From a virus, in IMG/VR virus record IMGVR_UViG_3300036828_000568, positions 1 to 64,000 of that record: 64,000 nucleotides of DNA; one strand, written 5' to 3'. Below are positions 26,879-36,956 of this stretch, in pieces. Positions within the stretch are counted from its first letter, which is position 1; every line of letters begins with the position of its first letter. Below the pieces are notes generated by a model. The model worked only from the letters and a program-made list of their open reading frames with translations. It made no database searches and had not been told where the DNA came from. Both the position numbers and the translations under genes were made by a program.

Positions 26879-27990
26879 CCAAAGCGGCAGGGATCTTGTT
26901 TAAATCCCCAGAAGGTCGTGTTTTGCTTTGCCGTCGTACTGATGGGTTGGGATGGTGTACTCCAGGTGGTGTACAAAAAGATGGCGAAACAATTGAATCC
27001 TGCGCCGTTAGGGAGTGCTTGGAAGAAACGGGGTTTCTTACCGGTCATGCAGGAAGATTGCTTTGCCGTCGAGTTGCAGATGATGTTGATTTCACCACTT
27101 TTATTTACGATTGCGATGATGAATTTGTCCCTAAACTAAATCATGAACATGATGCTTTTGTTTGGATAAATCCTGATCATGCTTCTAGCATGAATTTGCA
27201 TCCTGGTATAAACATTGCCCTGCGCAAAATGAAGGGCATGAATGAATTACAGCTTGCAGAGGCTATCAGGGACGGGGAGCTGGTTTCTCCTCAATATATT
27301 GAAAATGTTATGCTAGTGGATATGCGAATCAGTGGTACAGGGTTCAGCTTTAGACCCAAGCTCAATGAGTGGGTATATCGCCGTGACACCATATATCTTA
27401 GCCCTGAATTTGTTAATCGATGTAGCGGAATTCCAGTTATTTTGGACCACCCAAGCACTCAGATTCTTAATTCTGATGAATTCTCCAAGCGAGTCGTTGG
27501 AACAATGTTTCTACCATATGTTAAGGGAGATGAGGTCTGGGGAATTGCCAAGGTTTATGATCGTAGGGCACAGATAGCATTAAATGACTTTGATCTTTCT
27601 ACTTCACCTAGCGTAGTATTTAGGGATACGAGTGTAAATTACAATATCGAAATGGATGATGGTAGTAATTTGCTGGTCGAAGGAAATCCAAGTTTTGTGG
27701 ACCATTTGGCAATTTGCGAAAAGGGTGTGTGGGACAAAGGCGGCGATCCTTCTGGAATTCGAATTGATTCCCAGGCAACTGGTGAACCCAGGGAAAAGGT
27801 TGTCACCGCAAAGCCAGATCAAGGTGGTATTCTACCAGAGCCACCTTTGCCGATTGGTGGATCTAATGATGTTCCTGCTCCACCGATGCAAAGTATTCCA
27901 CCCGGTCTAGTTGGTTTGGCAGATAATCTTGGCCGACTTACCGATAGAATTGAGAAATTCATGACTCGGCGAGACCTGATGGTCCGTTGA
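26875..27990 (+). CDS. NUDIX hydrolase fused to DUF2213-like prohead protease
   Basis: Nudix box GGVQKDGETIESCAVRECLEETG; VYR...PVILDHP...DHLAICEKG; position before scaffold and capsid. Confidence 0.8.
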   Translation: MTKAAGILFKSPEGRVLLCRRTDGLGWCTPGGVQKDGETIESCAVRECLEETGFLTGHAGRLLCRRVADDVDFTTFIYDCDDEFVPKLNHEHDAFVWINPDHASSMNLHPGINIALRKMKGMNELQLAEAIRDGELVSPQYIENVMLVDMRISGTGFSFRPKLNEWVYRRDTIYLSPEFVNRCSGIPVILDHPSTQILNSDEFSKRVVGTMFLPYVKGDEVWGIAKVYDRRAQIALNDFDLSTSPSVVFRDTSVNYNIEMDDGSNLLVEGNPSFVDHLAICEKGVWDKGGDPSGIRIDSQATGEPREKVVTAKPDQGGILPEPPLPIGGSNDVPAPPMQSIPPGLVGLADNLGRLTDRIEKFMTRRDLMVR

Positions 27991-28037
27991 ACCGCGCGAT
28001 GAGCGCATAGTGTAAGCTGCAATATAGGAGTCTTACG

Positions 28038-29045
28038 ATGCCCACTACCGCAGCAGACGGCAGCGTCAGCGTGGATTCATTGCTCGCCGACGCCATTTCG
28101 AAGATGGATGCGCTCACCAAGCGCATGGATGCCCTGGAGACCGGCGAAAAGCACGGGACTCCGATCAAAGGAGACGACGATGACGATAAAAAGTCTAAAT
28201 CGGATAGTAAGGCAGCGTCGTCTCGCGGCGACGACGATGACGATGAACGCCGAAAGGACAGCGGCGGGAAGGCCGACGGTTCGACAGCTCCCAAGACTAA
28301 GATCCTTGACTCAGAAAAAGCTGATGCAAAGGCAGATGCAGGCTTCCCTCCGTCCAAGATGAAAAAGGACGATGATGGGGAGCTTGAAATCAAACATGGC
28401 AAGGAAAAGTCCGATGCTTTTCCGCCCAAGAAAAAGGACGATGCTGCCAAGGCCAAGTCCGACGACGATGATGACGACAAAAAGGACGACGCGGCCAAGG
28501 CAAAGTCCGACGACGATGATGACGACAAAAAGAAGAAGGACGACGCTGTGAAGGACGACGCCATTTCTGGTCTGCGCAGGCAAATTGCAGACCAGCAATC
28601 TGTTATTGAGCGGCTGCAATCGCTCATTAAACCTCGTTCCGATGATGAACATGCTCAGTTTGCAGAGGCTCAGTCTCGGGCTGATGCCGTGTTCAATGGA
28701 TTTGGGCAGCGTGCCCCACGTCCGCTTGATGGTGAGGGTATCCTCGACTATCGGAAGCGGCTGGCAACGAAGCTGAAAAATCATTCGGCGATTTGGAAGG
28801 GTGTGAAACTTTCCGTGTTGCCGGAAGAGGCTTTTGGCATTGCCGAAACCCAAATCTATACAGATGCGACAACCGCCGCCACCAATCCTGTGGATCTGGA
28901 AGCAGGTGAATTGCGCATGGTCACGAAGATCGACCCCGCGACCGGTGTGCGCTCGAACGTCTTCTATGGTAAGGAGTCGTTCGTGAAAGCGATGGGTCGT
29001 CCGGGCCGTAGGGTTGCGTCTTTCCGCACCCTTGCTTCCCAGTAA
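28038..29045 (+). CDS. capsid scaffolding protein
   Basis: Asp/Lys low-complexity repeats plus coiled coil; between protease and capsid genes. Confidence 0.75.
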   Translation: MPTTAADGSVSVDSLLADAISKMDALTKRMDALETGEKHGTPIKGDDDDDKKSKSDSKAASSRGDDDDDERRKDSGGKADGSTAPKTKILDSEKADAKADAGFPPSKMKKDDDGELEIKHGKEKSDAFPPKKKDDAAKAKSDDDDDDKKDDAAKAKSDDDDDDKKKKDDAVKDDAISGLRRQIADQQSVIERLQSLIKPRSDDEHAQFAEAQSRADAVFNGFGQRAPRPLDGEGILDYRKRLATKLKNHSAIWKGVKLSVLPEEAFGIAETQIYTDATTAATNPVDLEAGELRMVTKIDPATGVRSNVFYGKESFVKAMGRPGRRVASFRTLASQ

Positions 29046-29078
29046 CCCTTCCCGCACTCTAAAGAAGGACCATTCGCT

Positions 29079-29687
29079 ATGGTTTCACTGAACCCCTATG
29101 TCCAGACCAATGCGGCTGGAATGTTCACCATTGAATCCGATGGATTCATTGTGGGCACTGCGATGCCTGACCCGGCAGCTCGGTTCGCGCTTTCTGGTGG
29201 GTGGCTTGCACAGACCGAAACTCTCCCCATGTTTGGTGGAGTGGCTATTGGTGAAAGCATTCCCCAGGAACGCCCACCTATGACGCGTGCTGATGTTGCT
29301 CTTGGCGGCATTATCGCTCGTTCTGCCGGCTATCCTACTCTTACTGGTTTCAGCGTATTCGATCAGAACTATGCGGCGGTGAATACTCCACAGTCACCTG
29401 TTCCAACAACGGACAAGGGTGGTATGGTGAACTTCTATCGCCTTGGTTCTGGTGCTCGCGTTGCGCTGGCAATCGACCCCACCTTGATTACCTTGGAAGG
29501 TACTCTGATTACTTCCCAGGTTTCTTGGGACTTTGCTAACCAGAAGATCATTGCGTTTGCCACCACGGCATTGAACGTGAGGGTCTTACAGGTCAGGGCT
29601 TCGGGGTGTATGGTTCCATCATACAATGCTGGAACCGGATTCGTAACGTGGAACTACAACGGAGCAGCAGCGCTCTGTCTGCTGTAA
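29079..29687 (+). CDS. head decoration/cement protein
   Basis: 202 aa just before MCP; LPMFGGVAI, FYRLGSGARV. Confidence 0.65.
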   Translation: MVSLNPYVQTNAAGMFTIESDGFIVGTAMPDPAARFALSGGWLAQTETLPMFGGVAIGESIPQERPPMTRADVALGGIIARSAGYPTLTGFSVFDQNYAAVNTPQSPVPTTDKGGMVNFYRLGSGARVALAIDPTLITLEGTLITSQVSWDFANQKIIAFATTALNVRVLQVRASGCMVPSYNAGTGFVTWNYNGAAALCLL

Positions 29688-29749
29688 GGCTACTCTCAAC
29701 CTGAAGGCCGGGGCCTCTCTGGCCTTATCCTTAACCAAAGGAGTATCAC

Positions 29750-30772
29750 ATGGCTTCGATTGCTCCGGCATTCGTTCAGGTTCATCCTTCTTACATGATG
29801 CCTGATACCCTGATGCCGTATTCCCAAGCGTCTGGTGCTTTCGAGCTCCTGGCGTCAGGTGCCCCACTTGTCCGGCTTTCGGATGGTGATCTTTACGCTT
29901 ACATCAAGCGTGTTGATCTGCGTACCCGCATGGCGGCTGGTCAATCAGCTTACAACCAGTTGCCGGGTGTCAACTTCGCACTGTCGCAAATCAGTGCGCC
30001 AACGTACCTTCTGCGGGTTCGTGCTGAATATGATCACCACGACACGGCAGCTATGGCACGATGGGGCCTTAGCATCGTAGATGCTCATCGCCTCGGTATG
30101 CGGCAAGCCACGTTCCAGCTTATTCGGAATGGGCTTCTGTACGGCTTCAACCCGGCAAACGGTGAGGGGCTGCTCAACGCTACCGGAGCCACAGCTATCA
30201 GTCTTCCGGCAGATAGTGCGGGCAATTCGACTGTAGTCACCTATGACAACGGTCAAATGGCGTTTTTCCTTATTTCCCAGGTGCAGGCGATCAAGACCAG
30301 GACTAATCAGCTTGGAATTGGTCGTAAGTTCGTATTCGTTGGGCCGCAACGCACGCTCGGTGCAATGGAATACCAGAACATTGTGCAACTCACCAGTTAC
30401 CAGCGCGTCGGTGCTGGTAGTCAGTCTACGGCAGGCGTCATCAAAGATGTTCTTGCTGTAAACGATGATGATATCATCTGGGCCTATGACGATACGCTTA
30501 TCGGCAAGGGCGCAGGTGGTAACGATGCGGTGTTGATTGTTATGCCTGAGGTCGAACAGCCCAAGGGTTCGGCGATCAACACGAACGAATTTGCCAAACT
30601 CACACCGTCTATGACTGCTTGCACGATTCAGCTTGCAGATATGGCCGCGCCGCGTGAAATTCCAGTTCCGCTTGCTGGTGGTGCAATTGACGTGCTTGCT
30701 GAGCAGCGCGTCACTTCTGGATGGGCAGTTCGTCCGGAAGCCGTCACAATCGTGACGATGCAGTATCAGTAA
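29750..30772 (+). CDS. major capsid protein
   Basis: 340 aa; position; YGFN..GEGLLN; C-terminal RVTSGWAVRPEA; GC-rich codons; terminator downstream. Confidence 0.85.
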   Translation: MASIAPAFVQVHPSYMMPDTLMPYSQASGAFELLASGAPLVRLSDGDLYAYIKRVDLRTRMAAGQSAYNQLPGVNFALSQISAPTYLLRVRAEYDHHDTAAMARWGLSIVDAHRLGMRQATFQLIRNGLLYGFNPANGEGLLNATGATAISLPADSAGNSTVVTYDNGQMAFFLISQVQAIKTRTNQLGIGRKFVFVGPQRTLGAMEYQNIVQLTSYQRVGAGSQSTAGVIKDVLAVNDDDIIWAYDDTLIGKGAGGNDAVLIVMPEVEQPKGSAINTNEFAKLTPSMTACTIQLADMAAPREIPVPLAGGAIDVLAEQRVTSGWAVRPEAVTIVTMQYQ

Positions 30773-30804
30773 TCGTGTCTCCTCGGTGGTTGCTCGGCAA
30801 ACTT

Positions 30805-30837
30805 GATTAGGGCGGTGGCCTCCGCCCTAATCCTTTT
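30805..30837 (+). terminator. intrinsic terminator after MCP
   Basis: GATTAGGGCGG-TGGCCT-CCGCCCTAATC then CTTTT. Confidence 0.8.
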
Positions 30838-30848
30838 GGGAGGAATTT

Positions 30849-31382
30849 ATGCCTGAACTGTTCATCGGTAATGTGTCTAAACAGATTCAAATGTTCGCTT
30901 ACCGCGTGCCAGAGCGGCAAGGAATCATTACTCAAACAATCCCAATAGGAACCCAAATTCGGGTTGCCCCTAACGGTATCAACACTGACTTATCTCCGCT
31001 TGAAGTAGATGCGATTATTGCTCAACATCGTGTGTATGGGATCAGGCCAGCAGAAGATTTGAAGGAAAATAGTAGTCCATTCAATGGGCTTATTTATTCT
31101 ATCGGAAAACCTATTACCGTGGAAAAGCTTCAAAAAGCTATGCGGAAAAAGGACGATGAACTCAAGGAATTTGGGGCAAAAGTAAGGCAAGAGGCTGCTC
31201 TTGCAGTAAATTCGCAAATTGAAGAACAAATCGGTGCGCCTTTGCGCAACTTGGAAATGAGTTTTCAAGAGGAAGAACCGCGTGGCGGGTATTCCGATGA
31301 TTTGGACCATATTGCAGAAGGGGTTCGTGTTACCCGTGAAAGTAATGTGGCTCCTATTGAAGGGCGACGTAGTCGTCGGTAA
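30849..31382 (+). CDS. hypothetical head-region protein
   Basis: GGAGG RBS; 177 aa. Confidence 0.75.
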   Translation: MPELFIGNVSKQIQMFAYRVPERQGIITQTIPIGTQIRVAPNGINTDLSPLEVDAIIAQHRVYGIRPAEDLKENSSPFNGLIYSIGKPITVEKLQKAMRKKDDELKEFGAKVRQEAALAVNSQIEEQIGAPLRNLEMSFQEEEPRGGYSDDLDHIAEGVRVTRESNVAPIEGRRSRR

Positions 31383-31384
31383 AT

Positions 31385-31894
31385 ATGGCTGATGTAGCCG
31401 TAAGACCAAAAGCAGGTCCTCCCCTAGTAATTCCGCCGGGGGATCCAACTATAGAAGGATTTACAGCTTGGGTGTCGGCTGTAATGGGCGTGTCTGCTGG
31501 AGATATGCCAGATCCTACTACACTTCAGGTTGCTTTTGATCAAGCTTTAAATCTTACTTATTTGGGATTGCAAGGTGTTCCTAGTCAAGTTACGACTATG
31601 AGTATTTATGCTCAGGCTGTTTATAATCTAGGTGGACATTATTTAGTAGAGTTTGCAGTAGATAATCCAAATTCTACGTTTTGGACAGATTTAAGAAATA
31701 AATTCGGTATCTATAATTTTACAGGTGGGCTCACAAACCAAGCTCATGACCAGGGAACTGGTGAAGGGATGTACATTTTTCCTATTTTTGCTGGTATGAC
31801 AATGTTGGGTCTACAATTACTGAAAACCCCTTGGGGACGCGCTTATCTGGCAATAGCCGGTAGTTGGGGAACACTCTGGGGTCTTACAATATGA
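31385..31894 (+). CDS. head-tail adaptor (DUF4054-like)
   Basis: AVYNLGGHYL...LKTPWGRAYL. Confidence 0.7.
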   Translation: MADVAVRPKAGPPLVIPPGDPTIEGFTAWVSAVMGVSAGDMPDPTTLQVAFDQALNLTYLGLQGVPSQVTTMSIYAQAVYNLGGHYLVEFAVDNPNSTFWTDLRNKFGIYNFTGGLTNQAHDQGTGEGMYIFPIFAGMTMLGLQLLKTPWGRAYLAIAGSWGTLWGLTI

Positions 31895-32385
31895 AACTCC
31901 AGTTTGGTGTTCGTGATATTCCCTACGCTGCCAGATACACGGCACAATCGCCGTTAACCCCTTCTATGAAAAGAAGAAGGGCAACGATTTTATCTCCTCA
32001 ACAACGAGGGTATGGACAAGGCAAGACCACCGGTCAAGTGGCTACGGAATTAGAAAAAAGATACGGAATTATGGAGACATTCTTTGGATTTGAAGAAAAT
32101 TTCATAGTAGAAAATTTTGAAAAGGCTTATGCAGAAGGTACGACAAACGGAATGAATTTGGGTCCTTGGGATGTTAAATGGGATCCTTTTCCTTTAGAAA
32201 ATAGATTTGCGCGAACATTAACTGGTCGTAAATTTGATGGTGTAATTAAAGGAGTTCCTACTCAAGCTGCACAAAGAGGTGTTTCACATTTACGACGAAA
32301 TCCATATACTCCTCGCGCGCCTCGCCCTAGCTTTGTAGACACTTCACTCTATCAACGAAGTTTCACAGCATGGTTGGAGCCGTAA
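31891..32385 (+). CDS. neck/tail-completion protein
   Basis: position; VATELE...PSFVDTSLY pattern. Confidence 0.6.
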   Translation: MKLQFGVRDIPYAARYTAQSPLTPSMKRRRATILSPQQRGYGQGKTTGQVATELEKRYGIMETFFGFEENFIVENFEKAYAEGTTNGMNLGPWDVKWDPFPLENRFARTLTGRKFDGVIKGVPTQAAQRGVSHLRRNPYTPRAPRPSFVDTSLYQRSFTAWLEP

Positions 32386-32386
32386 T

Positions 32387-32548
32387 ATGCAGAATATCGG
32401 TTTGATCCTTTTAGTCTTCGCCTTCGTATTTGCTGTGATTGCAGCGTGCATCATGCAAGGGACAGGGCGCTGGAATTTCTTGGCAGCAGCAATCGCTTTC
32501 TGGATTGCCAGTGAACTGATTGGTGGTCTTGGGAGGGTTTTGCATTGA
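32387..32548 (+). CDS. 53-aa two-TM membrane protein (not in ORF track)
   Basis: MQNIGLILLVFAFVFAVIAACIMQGTGRWNFLAAAIAFWIASELIGGLGRVLH; GGAG RBS. Confidence 0.65.
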   Translation: MQNIGLILLVFAFVFAVIAACIMQGTGRWNFLAAAIAFWIASELIGGLGRVLH

Positions 32549-32691
32549 CACAGTGGGCTGACCTAAGTTCAAAGGAACGCCTTATTCTTGGAGGCTTTAT
32601 TCTCATTGTACTTGTATTGATCCTTCTAGCTTGGATTGGTTACTTTTCAGGTGGTTGGGAATCTGCTACTGATGCAGTGCAAGGAAAATGA
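32545..32691 (+). CDS. 48-aa single-TM protein (not in ORF track)
   Basis: TTG start, GGAGG RBS, 4-nt overlaps both sides; FILIVLVLILLAWIGYFSGGW. Confidence 0.55.
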   Translation: MTQWADLSSKERLILGGFILIVLVLILLAWIGYFSGGWESATDAVQGK

Positions 32692-32903
32692 TAATAGAAA
32701 ACTGCGAAAAATGTGGTGGCACACATATCGGATCATATGAGTGTCCTTTTACTGATGAACAAATTAGGATAATGACGATGGCAACAGAACCCTGTTCTCC
32801 CATCAGTAAACCAGGTGGTCCTCAAGGCAAAGGAACTCCTATGCCTAAGCCACCGAAGCCAACATCACCCGGTTGTGGTTCGAATTCTTCTGGGGGGAAG
32901 TAA
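32688..32903 (+). CDS. small Cys/Pro-rich protein
   Basis: CEKCGGTHIGSYECP; tiles. Confidence 0.5.
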   Translation: MIIENCEKCGGTHIGSYECPFTDEQIRIMTMATEPCSPISKPGGPQGKGTPMPKPPKPTSPGCGSNSSGGK

Positions 32904-33148
32904 TGGCAATTCTGCCATATATGAGGCAGTTGTCGCTGGATTATTATAAGAATAATTTTCCTATAACTCCTGCTGTGGTGACTGCTCCGGCAGTATCTGA
33001 ATTACCTTATCAGTTTCCTTCTCCTGAGCTAGGGGATCCTCTACCTCCTCCTACGGGTGGTGGTATTCCAGAAGCTCCTAATGATGGTAGAACATATGCT
33101 CGTCAGAGTGTTGCTTGGACAAGTACTTGGGAAGGTGGGTCCTATTAA
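32903..33148 (+). CDS. small virion protein with PEAP.DG..Y.R motif
   Basis: GIPEAPNDGRTYARQSVAW, same motif as C-terminus of 53776 gene. Confidence 0.6.
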   Translation: MAILPYMRQLSLDYYKNNFPITPAVVTAPAVSELPYQFPSPELGDPLPPPTGGGIPEAPNDGRTYARQSVAWTSTWEGGSY

Positions 33149-34515
33149 TGCCTTCCATTAACGACGCTCTTAATTCTAAACCTCCTCTTGGTGCTGCTCT
33201 CGCGCAGGGTGTCAAAACCCTGTCGATGGATCAACAAATTTCTTTTTCCCTTTATCAGCGTTATGTTTTTCCACTCGATGGCATGGTTTACTGGATAAAG
33301 GTTCCTTCCCAAGCCGGGTCTATTACAACCCCCGGTATTCAAACAATAGCTGGATTAGCTGCAATAACCGATGATGGTGGTGCTGCCATTCAGGTTGCTC
33401 CTGGTAGTTTTTGGGGTACGAATAGAGTTGTAGGTGGTAAGATTACTAATCCTCTTACTGCTGTTGACCAAGGACTTTCGACAGCAGAAGTATTATATTA
33501 TGATTTTACTGGTCCTTCTTATTCGTATGTAACTGCGACTACTGGAGTTCTTCAACCAGGAGAAAGTATAGATATTCCAGATCATAATCCAAGTGGGGCA
33601 TGGGTTACTTCTCCTAGTGATGGTCATAAGTTTTCATGCGTCGTGTATATTTCACTACCTTCTGTTACCTTACCAACTGATGTTAATGTTCAAGGCTCTT
33701 TTCATTATGCATCAACTAGCGAACAGCGTGAAGATGCAACTGTAGATTCTAATGACATTGTTTTTACTTCATTGTCTGAAATTCAGGCTTTTAATCAAAT
33801 AGGTCCTAATAACCTATACATTGGGACATATAGGGACTTGTTGTTCGCTTTTAGCAGTCGTGCTAAATTGTACGAACAAGCTGATCTTTACCATTATCAA
33901 GGTGTTGCAGTTAAATCAACTCATGCAACACAAATTATTAGTGATCCTAGTCAATTTAATCCTACTACTATTCCTTCTAATTCCCTACCTATTTGGTTGA
34001 GTCTTTCTGGTTATGTCCCGCCGTATCCTACTTTTAATTGTCCTTTTCCTTTGTATCCATCTTATCTTGTGGACGATAATTTACCTCCTCCTTTCGGTTC
34101 AGTACATATAGAAGAAACAAAAGCATTAGCAATGATCCCATACATGGGTCCTAAAACACAGACCGCTTATCTGTGTAGAGATAAAGTTAAGATTCATTTA
34201 TATGGGTTAGATGCAGAAGATGTAAGTGATTTTATGATTTGTGTAGAAAATTATTCTCGTGATTGGATGACTCTTGGATTTGCGAATAGCCCTGTTCCTT
34301 ATGATGAAAAGCAGACTGCAACAGAAACAAAGACAATTTCTCAGCGTAAATCTATAGAATATGAGGTTAATTATCTGCAAACTGTAGTAAGAGATATAAC
34401 GCGACAATTTATCCTTCATGCCAAAGTTCAATTTTATGATCCACAATTCTTCACTGATCAACCGGAGGTAACTCCCCATGCCACAGACAACTTATCTACC
34501 AGTCTACACGGCTGA
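33148..34515 (+). CDS. head-closure/tail-terminator-region structural protein
   Basis: 455 aa upstream of sheath; TAATG-coupled. Confidence 0.6.
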   Translation: MPSINDALNSKPPLGAALAQGVKTLSMDQQISFSLYQRYVFPLDGMVYWIKVPSQAGSITTPGIQTIAGLAAITDDGGAAIQVAPGSFWGTNRVVGGKITNPLTAVDQGLSTAEVLYYDFTGPSYSYVTATTGVLQPGESIDIPDHNPSGAWVTSPSDGHKFSCVVYISLPSVTLPTDVNVQGSFHYASTSEQREDATVDSNDIVFTSLSEIQAFNQIGPNNLYIGTYRDLLFAFSSRAKLYEQADLYHYQGVAVKSTHATQIISDPSQFNPTTIPSNSLPIWLSLSGYVPPYPTFNCPFPLYPSYLVDDNLPPPFGSVHIEETKALAMIPYMGPKTQTAYLCRDKVKIHLYGLDAEDVSDFMICVENYSRDWMTLGFANSPVPYDEKQTATETKTISQRKSIEYEVNYLQTVVRDITRQFILHAKVQFYDPQFFTDQPEVTPHATDNLSTSLHG

Positions 34516-34813
34516 ATATCCTATTCTTGCCAAGGCTCAAAAGCCGGGTGGGGTGACAGTACTCTCAGCAGTCAGCGGTGGTGATGTGCCGAACAAGCCG
34601 ACATATGCTGCCGGTACAATCCAAAGTTTAGAGCAAACATTGGCGGCTGAAGCAGAAGCTGCTGCTCATCAAAATGAAGGTGTTACCGAGGAACCCGAAG
34701 ATAATGAAGTGCATGAGGAAGAAGTAGAAGAGGACGATGGGAACGGTGGAACAGTAAAGAGGAAGCGCACTGTTACCCGTTCCAGGACTACGACGACCCA
34801 TCGTCGTCGATAA
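34478..34813 (+). CDS. hypothetical protein, acidic then Arg-rich tail
   Basis: GGAGG RBS; 111 aa. Confidence 0.6.
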   Translation: MPQTTYLPVYTAEYPILAKAQKPGGVTVLSAVSGGDVPNKPTYAAGTIQSLEQTLAAEAEAAAHQNEGVTEEPEDNEVHEEEVEEDDGNGGTVKRKRTVTRSRTTTTHRRR

Positions 34814-34836
34814 TTTTAATAGAAGGAACGTGAACC

Positions 34837-36489
34837 ATGGCCGTCCAAACTCAGTTTAGCACGGACCCCAATGCTATCGTAACGGTCCACGTTTCGATCA
34901 TTGAGGCCCCGACCCCTATCAACTATCAACGTACCGGGGCATTTGTGTCCTTTGGTGCGACTTCTCTTGCTGTTGGAAGTACTGTGTTGTTGACACAGTT
35001 TGGTGATATCGAAATTCCTCCTTCTGACGACCCTGCTGGTCCTCCAATTCTTTTGGGGCCTGCGGCTGTTACGAGTGTGACCTGGGCAGCGGGAGTTGCG
35101 ACAGTTACCACTACAGATCCGATGCCTGGGGTTCAAGTAGGTGATATGGTTCCGTTTATTATGAAAGACTTTGAACCCATTGGCCCGGGACTCAATGGTT
35201 TACATGATGGTACGATTACTTCTCCTACGACGTACACATACCCGGTTGCTGTTGATCCAGGAGCAGTTACTACATATGGAACATATCAGTTTCAATCGGC
35301 AGTCGAATTGTCACAAATGGCAACGACTTTCTTTGCTCAGGGTAATGAAGTTGGAGTATGGATACTTGAACTTGGGTATGATAATAACCCGGATAATAAC
35401 GTCGCAGCCCTTGAAAATTGGCTGAATGAAAACCCACTTACGATCTATGCTTTCTTACTGCCTCGCCGGTTTGGCTGTGATCCGTTTATCTTGGGATCTG
35501 CTGAACAGCCACTTCCTTTTACCAATATGCTCAAGCGATATGAGGCTCCTTCAAATACGATGGAATATTTCTGGATTACTGTGGTCGGTCAACTGCCTCC
35601 TGCAGCAGGGCAACCAGGAGCTGGTACTATTTGGACAGCCGTGACAATGAATAATCTGTTCTATCCAGGCCAGTTGGGTTCTGGTGGAACTAAGGGCATT
35701 GGTTCGTCCTTTAAAGACGTTATTCAAATGGTCGAAGCCCCTGTGCTTAGTGACCCAACTCTTATCTATGTCCCAGCAAGCGGGATTGATCCCGAACGGT
35801 GGGAAATTCCCAGTTTCCTGGATCCGGAGGGTGAGTTTACGCTGGCGGCGGCGTTCTACAATGCCTTGGCGTATCGCCCATCGAATACGAACCGTATTAC
35901 CCCGATGGCGTTCAAGTTCATGTACGGGGTTACGGAATATCCGCAGCGACACAACGGTCCACTGCTCCGTAGTTTCAAGTCAGCAAATACGAACTACATT
36001 TCAACCGGTGCAGAGGGCGGTATTGCTTTCACCATGATTTATGAAGGAGTTACGCTCGATGGGCATGACTACTTCAACTGGTGGTATACGATCGATTGGG
36101 TGCAAATCGAGGTTAACTTGAACCTCAGCAATGCTATTATCAATGGCTCGAATAACCCGCTCGCTCCGTTGTACTACAACCAGGATGGAATCAACTATCT
36201 GGAAACTGTCCTTTTCCACACTATGCAGAGCGCGCAAACGTTCGGCATGGTACTCGGCAAGATTGAAATGACCGGTTACGATGGCCCGGATCTTACTGCG
36301 GCTATCAATGGTGGTCAGTTCGCCGGCAAGTGTAACGTGAATGCTGTGCCGTTCCTCCAGTATTCACTTGCCAATCCTGGAGACTACAAGATCGGTGAAT
36401 ATGATGGGCTTTCTACCCTGTTTATTCCCGCGCGTGGCTTCATTCACATTCTTGTGAATGTTGTTGCAACCGACCTTATCTCAATCTAA
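34837..36489 (+). CDS. tail sheath protein
   Basis: 550 aa; FKFMYGVT, NTNY...EGG, WYTIDW, PLYYNQDGI; precedes tube gene. Confidence 0.85.
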   Translation: MAVQTQFSTDPNAIVTVHVSIIEAPTPINYQRTGAFVSFGATSLAVGSTVLLTQFGDIEIPPSDDPAGPPILLGPAAVTSVTWAAGVATVTTTDPMPGVQVGDMVPFIMKDFEPIGPGLNGLHDGTITSPTTYTYPVAVDPGAVTTYGTYQFQSAVELSQMATTFFAQGNEVGVWILELGYDNNPDNNVAALENWLNENPLTIYAFLLPRRFGCDPFILGSAEQPLPFTNMLKRYEAPSNTMEYFWITVVGQLPPAAGQPGAGTIWTAVTMNNLFYPGQLGSGGTKGIGSSFKDVIQMVEAPVLSDPTLIYVPASGIDPERWEIPSFLDPEGEFTLAAAFYNALAYRPSNTNRITPMAFKFMYGVTEYPQRHNGPLLRSFKSANTNYISTGAEGGIAFTMIYEGVTLDGHDYFNWWYTIDWVQIEVNLNLSNAIINGSNNPLAPLYYNQDGINYLETVLFHTMQSAQTFGMVLGKIEMTGYDGPDLTAAINGGQFAGKCNVNAVPFLQYSLANPGDYKIGEYDGLSTLFIPARGFIHILVNVVATDLISI

Positions 36490-36501
36490 TGAGGTGACCC
36501 C

Positions 36502-36942
36502 ATGGCCTTTCAGTTCACTCCTCCCGGCGTCCTGAACCGGCTCCGGGCATCAGTAGTATTTAATGAACATCCAGAACTCAATGTAACCAGCAATTTTCTT
36601 ACAACGGAAGGTATTCGCCTTGCGTTGGAAGGAAATGCTACGGATCTGTTGCCTGCGATGGTCAGCTTGGTGAGCAGCCCCGCTCCCTACCTTGCAGCAT
36701 CTATTACGATGTCGATCGTGCGTAGTGCGACTTTGGCCGCAATCTATAAACTTCAGTTTGAAGATACCACCCTCGTAGGTCTGGTAAGCATTTTCCCAGA
36801 TACGGATGTTCTCAATCCATTTATTATCAACAACGTGGCGCTTGAAAGCATTCGTGAAATGGCTATGGCAGGAATGGAAGCTGCCATGGTGGTGACTGCA
36901 AGAGGATACTACAATGTCAACACAGGGTTCTTCGGGACCTAA
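36502..36942 (+). CDS. tail tube protein
   Basis: 146 aa directly after sheath. Confidence 0.75.
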   Translation: MAFQFTPPGVLNRLRASVVFNEHPELNVTSNFLTTEGIRLALEGNATDLLPAMVSLVSSPAPYLAASITMSIVRSATLAAIYKLQFEDTTLVGLVSIFPDTDVLNPFIINNVALESIREMAMAGMEAAMVVTARGYYNVNTGFFGT

Positions 36943-36956
36943 CCGAGGAGTAGCGT

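Noticed and set aside
27959-29057. Long antisense ORFs opposite the scaffold gene (and similar ones opposite other structural genes)
   Set aside because: Shadows of biased codon usage on the coding strand.
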